Made by a program: the position numbers and the translations under genes
Assembly (NCBI GenBank): GCA_036785375.1
Contig: JAWMAR010000252.1
Span: forward strand, 2,666,001-2,730,000
Direction of reading: 5' to 3'
DNA length: 64,000 nt
Origin: Leucoraja ocellata
Lineage: Eukaryota
Notes under the pieces: generated by a model
The model's input: the letters and a program-made list of their open reading frames with translations, nothing else
Told to the model about the DNA's origin: nothing
Database searches by the model: none
Shown: piece after piece, positions 58,937-64,000 of the stretch
How the letters are laid out: each line of letters opens with the position of its first letter
Position numbering within the stretch: position 1 is the first letter of the stretch

Positions 58937-61212
58937 TATAAATGACTTGGATATAAATGTAGATGGGTTTGTCAGTAAGTAAGGAGCCAACAACAAAATA
59001 TATGGTTGATGTGACAGCGAGGAAGGCTGTCTATGGATACAGTAGGGAAATAGATCAGTGACAGATAGAGGCAGAGAAATGACAGATGGAATTTAATCCA
59101 AGCAAGTCTCGGGTCACTTTGGGAGGTGAAATGTGTCGAGTTCATTGCAAGATTCTCAATAGCATTAATGTCTAGAGGAATCTTGGGTTCCAAGTCCTAA
59201 AAGTGTCAACACAAGTAGATAAAGTGTAAAGATGATGCATGATATGCTTGCTTTCACATGTCCAATGAATTGAGTATAAGAGTCATGTTGCTGCTTTATA
59301 ACATTTTGGTTACAAAAACTTACAAAATTCTTAAGGGGTTGGACAGGCTAGATGCAGGAAGATTGTTCCCGATGTTGGGGAAGTCCAGGACAAGGGGTCA
59401 CAGCTTAAGGATAAGGGGAAAATCCTTTAAAACCGAGATGAGGAGAACTTTTTTCACACAGAGAGTGGTGAATCTCTGGAACTCTCTGCCACAGAGGGTA
59501 GTTGAGGCCAGTTCATTGGCTATATTTAAGAGGGAGTTAGATGTGGCCCTTGTGGCCAAGGGGATCAGAGGGTATGGAGAGAAGGCAGGTACGGGATACT
59601 GAGTTGGATGATCAGCCATGATCATATTAAATGGCGGTGCAGGCTCGAAGGGCCGAATGGCCTACTCCTGCACCTAATTTCTATGTTTCTATGTTTCTAT
59701 GTTAGGCCATTTTTGGAGTACTATGTGCATTCCTGGTTGCCACAGTACAAGAATTTGAAAGCTTTGGAAAGGATGGAGAAGGGGTTTACCAGAATGCTGT
59801 CTGGATTAGAGGGTACTAACTTTAAGAAGAGATTGACAAACGTGGATTGTTTTCGCTGGTGCGTCGGAGGTTGAGGGTAGACCTGATACAAGTATATAAA
59901 ATCATGAGAGGCATATTTAGGGTAGATTGTTACAAGCTTTTTCTCATAGTGGAAACGTCAAAGACAAGAGGGCATAGCTTAATGGTCAAAATGCAGAGGG
60001 GATGTGCAGGTCAGGTTCTTTACAGTTATTGGTGGGTGATGGAATGTGCTGTCAGAGGTGGCGTTGAAAGCAGCCATGATAGCTGTGTTTAAGAGACTTT
60101 TAGATAGACACATGGATTTGCAATGAATGGAGGGGATGGCACTCCCTTTTGCACTGGACCACTTGATCAATAACTACAGCTCGGGTTCAACACCAGCATC
60201 CCCTACAAACCTTTTAATGGTGCCTTAAAAACATCAGCAAGCCAAAGAGCTGATTATTGACTTTAGAAGAGGGAAACCGAGGATCCACAAGCTTGTCTTC
60301 ATCGACGGGTTGGCGGTGGAGTCAACAACGTCGAGATCCTAGGTGTGCATATCTCTGATGATGTGTCCTGGGCCCAGCACATTGATGTAATCTTAAAGAA
60401 AGTCCATCAATGTGTCTACCTTTTTAAAAGACTGCAGATTTGCCATGTTGACGTATACTCTCTTGAATCTCAACAGGTGGACAGATGGGAGATGTTCAGG
60501 TAACATAAAATGCTAGGTCATGGAATAGAATAACCTTCATTCCTGGGTATTCAAGTTGCCAAACTAGACGCGATGTAACCAGTCAATACGCTCTCTACTG
60601 TACACCTGTAAAGGTTTAAGAGGTTGTTTTCCACTCTGGGAATGTGTTTTCCACCCTTTCCAGTTCTATCTCTACGTCTTTCTACCCCCACCTCCAGTTG
60701 TACTTTTACACCTTAGAATGCTGTCCTGCAAATCAGTTTCCATATTCCCTAATTCTATGGCATTTAAAAAAAATTGAAGTCGTAGGAAGTCACTTGAAGC
60801 TTCTTTGAGAAGAGTTTGTCATGGTGATATCATTTCAATAGATATAGATTTTATCTGCATTGGCAGTTTACTCAAAGAATATGGAATTATAAATAACTGC
60901 CAAGAGTTGACTGCCGGACATCATGCTTCTTGATCTAAATATTCAAATAATAGATCTGACAGCATGTTTGCCTTTATAAACAATGTGATATTTCAATAAT
61001 TGAGAGAATGAAATCATTGGTTTATTTTTCTGACTAGAATATGTTCTATTGATGTGAATTATTGGCTTTGGAAAAAATAATCATAAAAATATATGGTTAT
61101 AAGCCTAACATTAACCAACTTGCTTAGCCTTTACTATTTTAAAATATATTTGTATGTTTCTTTCTCTGTGCCTTTGCATGATAATTGATCACAATTTAAA
61201 ATTTGTTTTTAG

Positions 61213-61401
61213 TTTGTGCCTTTTCGGGACTATGTTGACAGGACTGGAAACCACGTACTGAGTATGGCTCGACTTGCAAAGGATGTTTTAGCTGAAATTC
61301 CAGAACAGTTTCTTTCATACATGAAAGCAAGAGGAATTAAGCCTTCCCCTGCTCCTCCCCCATATACTCCCCCAGGTTATCCTTTGCAGACACAGCTTTA
61401 A
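61213..61401 (+). CDS. CPNE8: Copine-8 last coding exon ([33 protein letters not shown]...[15 protein letters not shown])
   Basis: ttttag acceptor, TAA stop; C-terminal [15 protein letters not shown] tail is what I recall for CPNE8 among copines. Confidence 0.94.
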   Translation, partial: FVPFRDYVDRTGNHVLSMARLAKDVLAEIPEQFLSYMKARGIKPSPAPPPYTPPGYPLQTQL

Positions 61402-61696
61402 CAGAGTAATTCCATCCCACTTAATATTGCTGACCTGAACTGATTCCACTGAATGTGCCAGCTGAATTTTTATCGGGATTTTATCGGGATGCACTACAAA
61501 GACTTATGGATGTTGTCAGCATTCTACAACATTTTTTACTGGGTTTTCAATTGCATGGTGCCAAGAACATGTGGTAAATCACACAGAGAGGCTGCATGAA
61601 AACAAAAGAACTGAGCTTTGTGGTTGGGAGTTGTGGTACAGCCCAATCCTTATCCTCTTACCTGAATTAGCCCCTTTGGAATTGAAACCTTTTTTT

Positions 61697-61702
61697 AATA
61701 AA
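61697..61702 (+). promoter_or_regulatory. Candidate polyadenylation signal AATAAA (another at 62779-62784)
   Basis: Hexamer about 300 nt after the CPNE8 stop; usage cannot be shown from sequence. Confidence 0.4.
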
Positions 61703-64000
61703 GATATGATCACGGGGAATGCCAAAATTTACAACCTAATCGGAATTTAAGTATTTAACTGTTGTAAATAACTGAGAATATGCAGTTCTTTTTTTAACGT
61801 TTACATGTAGATTCTTTTTTATAATTAAATCCTTTTTATAACCATATCCTTCATGTAAACACAGTTTTAAATATTGAAATTGTTGTGTTCTGTTAGTTGG
61901 ATACACTTCCATTTGTTGCTGACTAATTCATATGGAGATGCCTGCTCTAGCACATCTGTGATTTTCAAACACCAGGGCACACAATCTGTCCAGTAGCAAG
62001 TATAACTCTTCAACAATGACTGCTTTCTACGAAAAACAACCTAGCGCTTCCAATTGTAATGCATAATCACTGGGTGATCTTTTCCACCTGCTCACCATTC
62101 ACACTTACTATCCATTTCTAATTGTGCAATTACTTCAAAACTTTGCGGAAGGAACAAGGCAAAGAAGAAAACTGAGTGAAAAATACAAAAAAATGGAGAT
62201 CGAAGAGCTGCAAAGATGTGGTTGGAAAATAGCAAAAATATTGACAATGTAAGCTTTGCAGTCTGACCCGTAGCCTCTTGTGGAGCCGGAAACTACTTAT
62301 AGTTTGATTAGCTGAGGCATGAAATTAATTTGAGATATGCTGCACTACATTTATACGAACTGCGTGCAAATCTGTACCTGAATGTGCCAGAAAACTGCGC
62401 AATTTTGTTTCTACATGTGGTCTTGTACTTCTGATTTTTGTGTTTTAAAATGTGAAATAATTTTTTAAGTATTTGTTTAGTTCTTTCAACATATGCTCTA
62501 ACATTCACCGTTAGTTTTTGAAGAGAAATACACTTTTTTTTTTAAAAAGGTTGTGTGCTTGGTAAAAAATTGCCTTAAATTCTCATAACCAACATGTCTT
62601 TTGATGATTGAAACATGGTTTCAAAACTTTTTTTGCTAGCACTGTAGTAGCTTTTTAATTTTTCCATTGGTGTCAAAAGTTAATGCTGTTTATTTACTAT
62701 TTTGTATTGATATCAACATTTTGCACATACTTTAAATAACAAATGAAATTTCCATTGTGGTTTTCTGAGGGATGCTTGAATAAAGGGTAAATATTATTCT
62801 GCAATTGTAAATCTCTGGATTATTAACAGGAAACACCTACCTTTCTTAATATGTTGTGAAAATTTAAGAATATATTTAAATGTTTAATACCAAAACAAAT
62901 ACAAGTACATTTGAAAAATAATTATTAGGAATAGGAAAAAAACAAAAAAATGCTCTCAAAACAAGGAAGCATTTTTTTGGATTTTTTAAATACAGTATCC
63001 TGTCACTAAATTATATTTGTGCAATGTAGGGCGGGCCAAATTCCTTATATATAACATTAAGCCAAATCATTTTTTTAAAACTGGAATTAATGACAATACA
63101 ACCTATTTATTCTCGCCTACTAGCAAAGGTGGGACGAAGTGTACTTTTCATTTGAGCAGCCACAAAAAAATTGCTCTATAACAAATTGTGCACTTTACAG
63201 GCTAGCACATTGGTGGAACTACTTCATCAGATGGTACATTTTTGCCAAGAAGAAAAATTAAAGCACACAATCAGTTTCAAACTTGATGTATAAAGAACCT
63301 AAAGAGCATTATATTTTGTGTTTATAGAATATAGAGTACATGTGATTCTGGGATTTGCTGAGAGATAATCCTCACTGCCCATTATGTAGAAGTATAATTC
63401 TAGCTTGAGATATTAGTTCCTGCATTTTCGCTTCTTATCCCATTTTGGACACCAATTTGAAAGCAAGCCTACTAATTTAGTTGGTCTGTTTATTTGTGTT
63501 GCTACAGCTTTTACTTTTACATGTTTGGGTTTATCTTACATAATCAAACTTTTGTAATCAATTGGGATTTCAGTACCTTTGAAATTATCAAAATATTTTA
63601 TGATGTTCTTTATATTTTTGAAAAAGTAATTTTTTGAACAGTTGTAACAGTTACTAGTAAATTACTAAAGTGTTTATGTTAGAGGCATGTAACAATTCAA
63701 GCTTATAGTGAAGTAGAGTTTGTAAAAAGTCTTATTGAGATACGATTTTTCAGAATTGTGCTCTGAATGTTAACACCAAATATATTGCTATACACTTTTT
63801 TTACATGCTATCATTACAGATTGTATTCATGAACTATTACTTTGTTTACTTAAAGTACTGTGTGTGATTATTTTCATTTTGAGTAAAACTGCAAATTGGA
63901 TACTGTTACTTTCTGACATTATTAGAAGTAGACAAACCACTGACACTAACAATGTTACTCAACAATTAACTTAAGGGTTGCTAACACCCAGTAATTATAT

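Overview
AT-rich vertebrate genomic DNA. The repeat complement (V-domain/HE1-type tRNA SINEs, CR1, Penelope, Tc1) points to a cartilaginous fish, probably a skate or ray (inference). The window holds the 3' half of a + strand copine gene matching CPNE8: 9 coding exons with GT-AG introns from 11357 to the stop at 61401, then a TE-poor 3' region. Introns are packed with decayed transposons: Tc1 x2, PIF/Harbinger-like MITEs, Penelope-like elements with hammerhead-like motifs, CR1, Rex1/Babar-like tails, an internally deleted HERO/R2-group element and an internally deleted L1. The standout is a ~6.5 kb cassette (46.2-52.7 kb) in one intron. It is a same-strand patchwork of intronless host mRNA fragments (thrombospondin-1/2-like, BICD2, circularly permuted ZNF276, CRACR2A-like, thrombospondin again) that runs into a retroviral env-like membrane anchor and a candidate 571-bp LTR. 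It looks like a defective ERV that transduced several cellular mRNAs. Nested in it is an L1 that itself contains an ARPIN cDNA fused to a non-L1 LINE tail. Protein identities come from my recall of vertebrate orthologues, not database searches.
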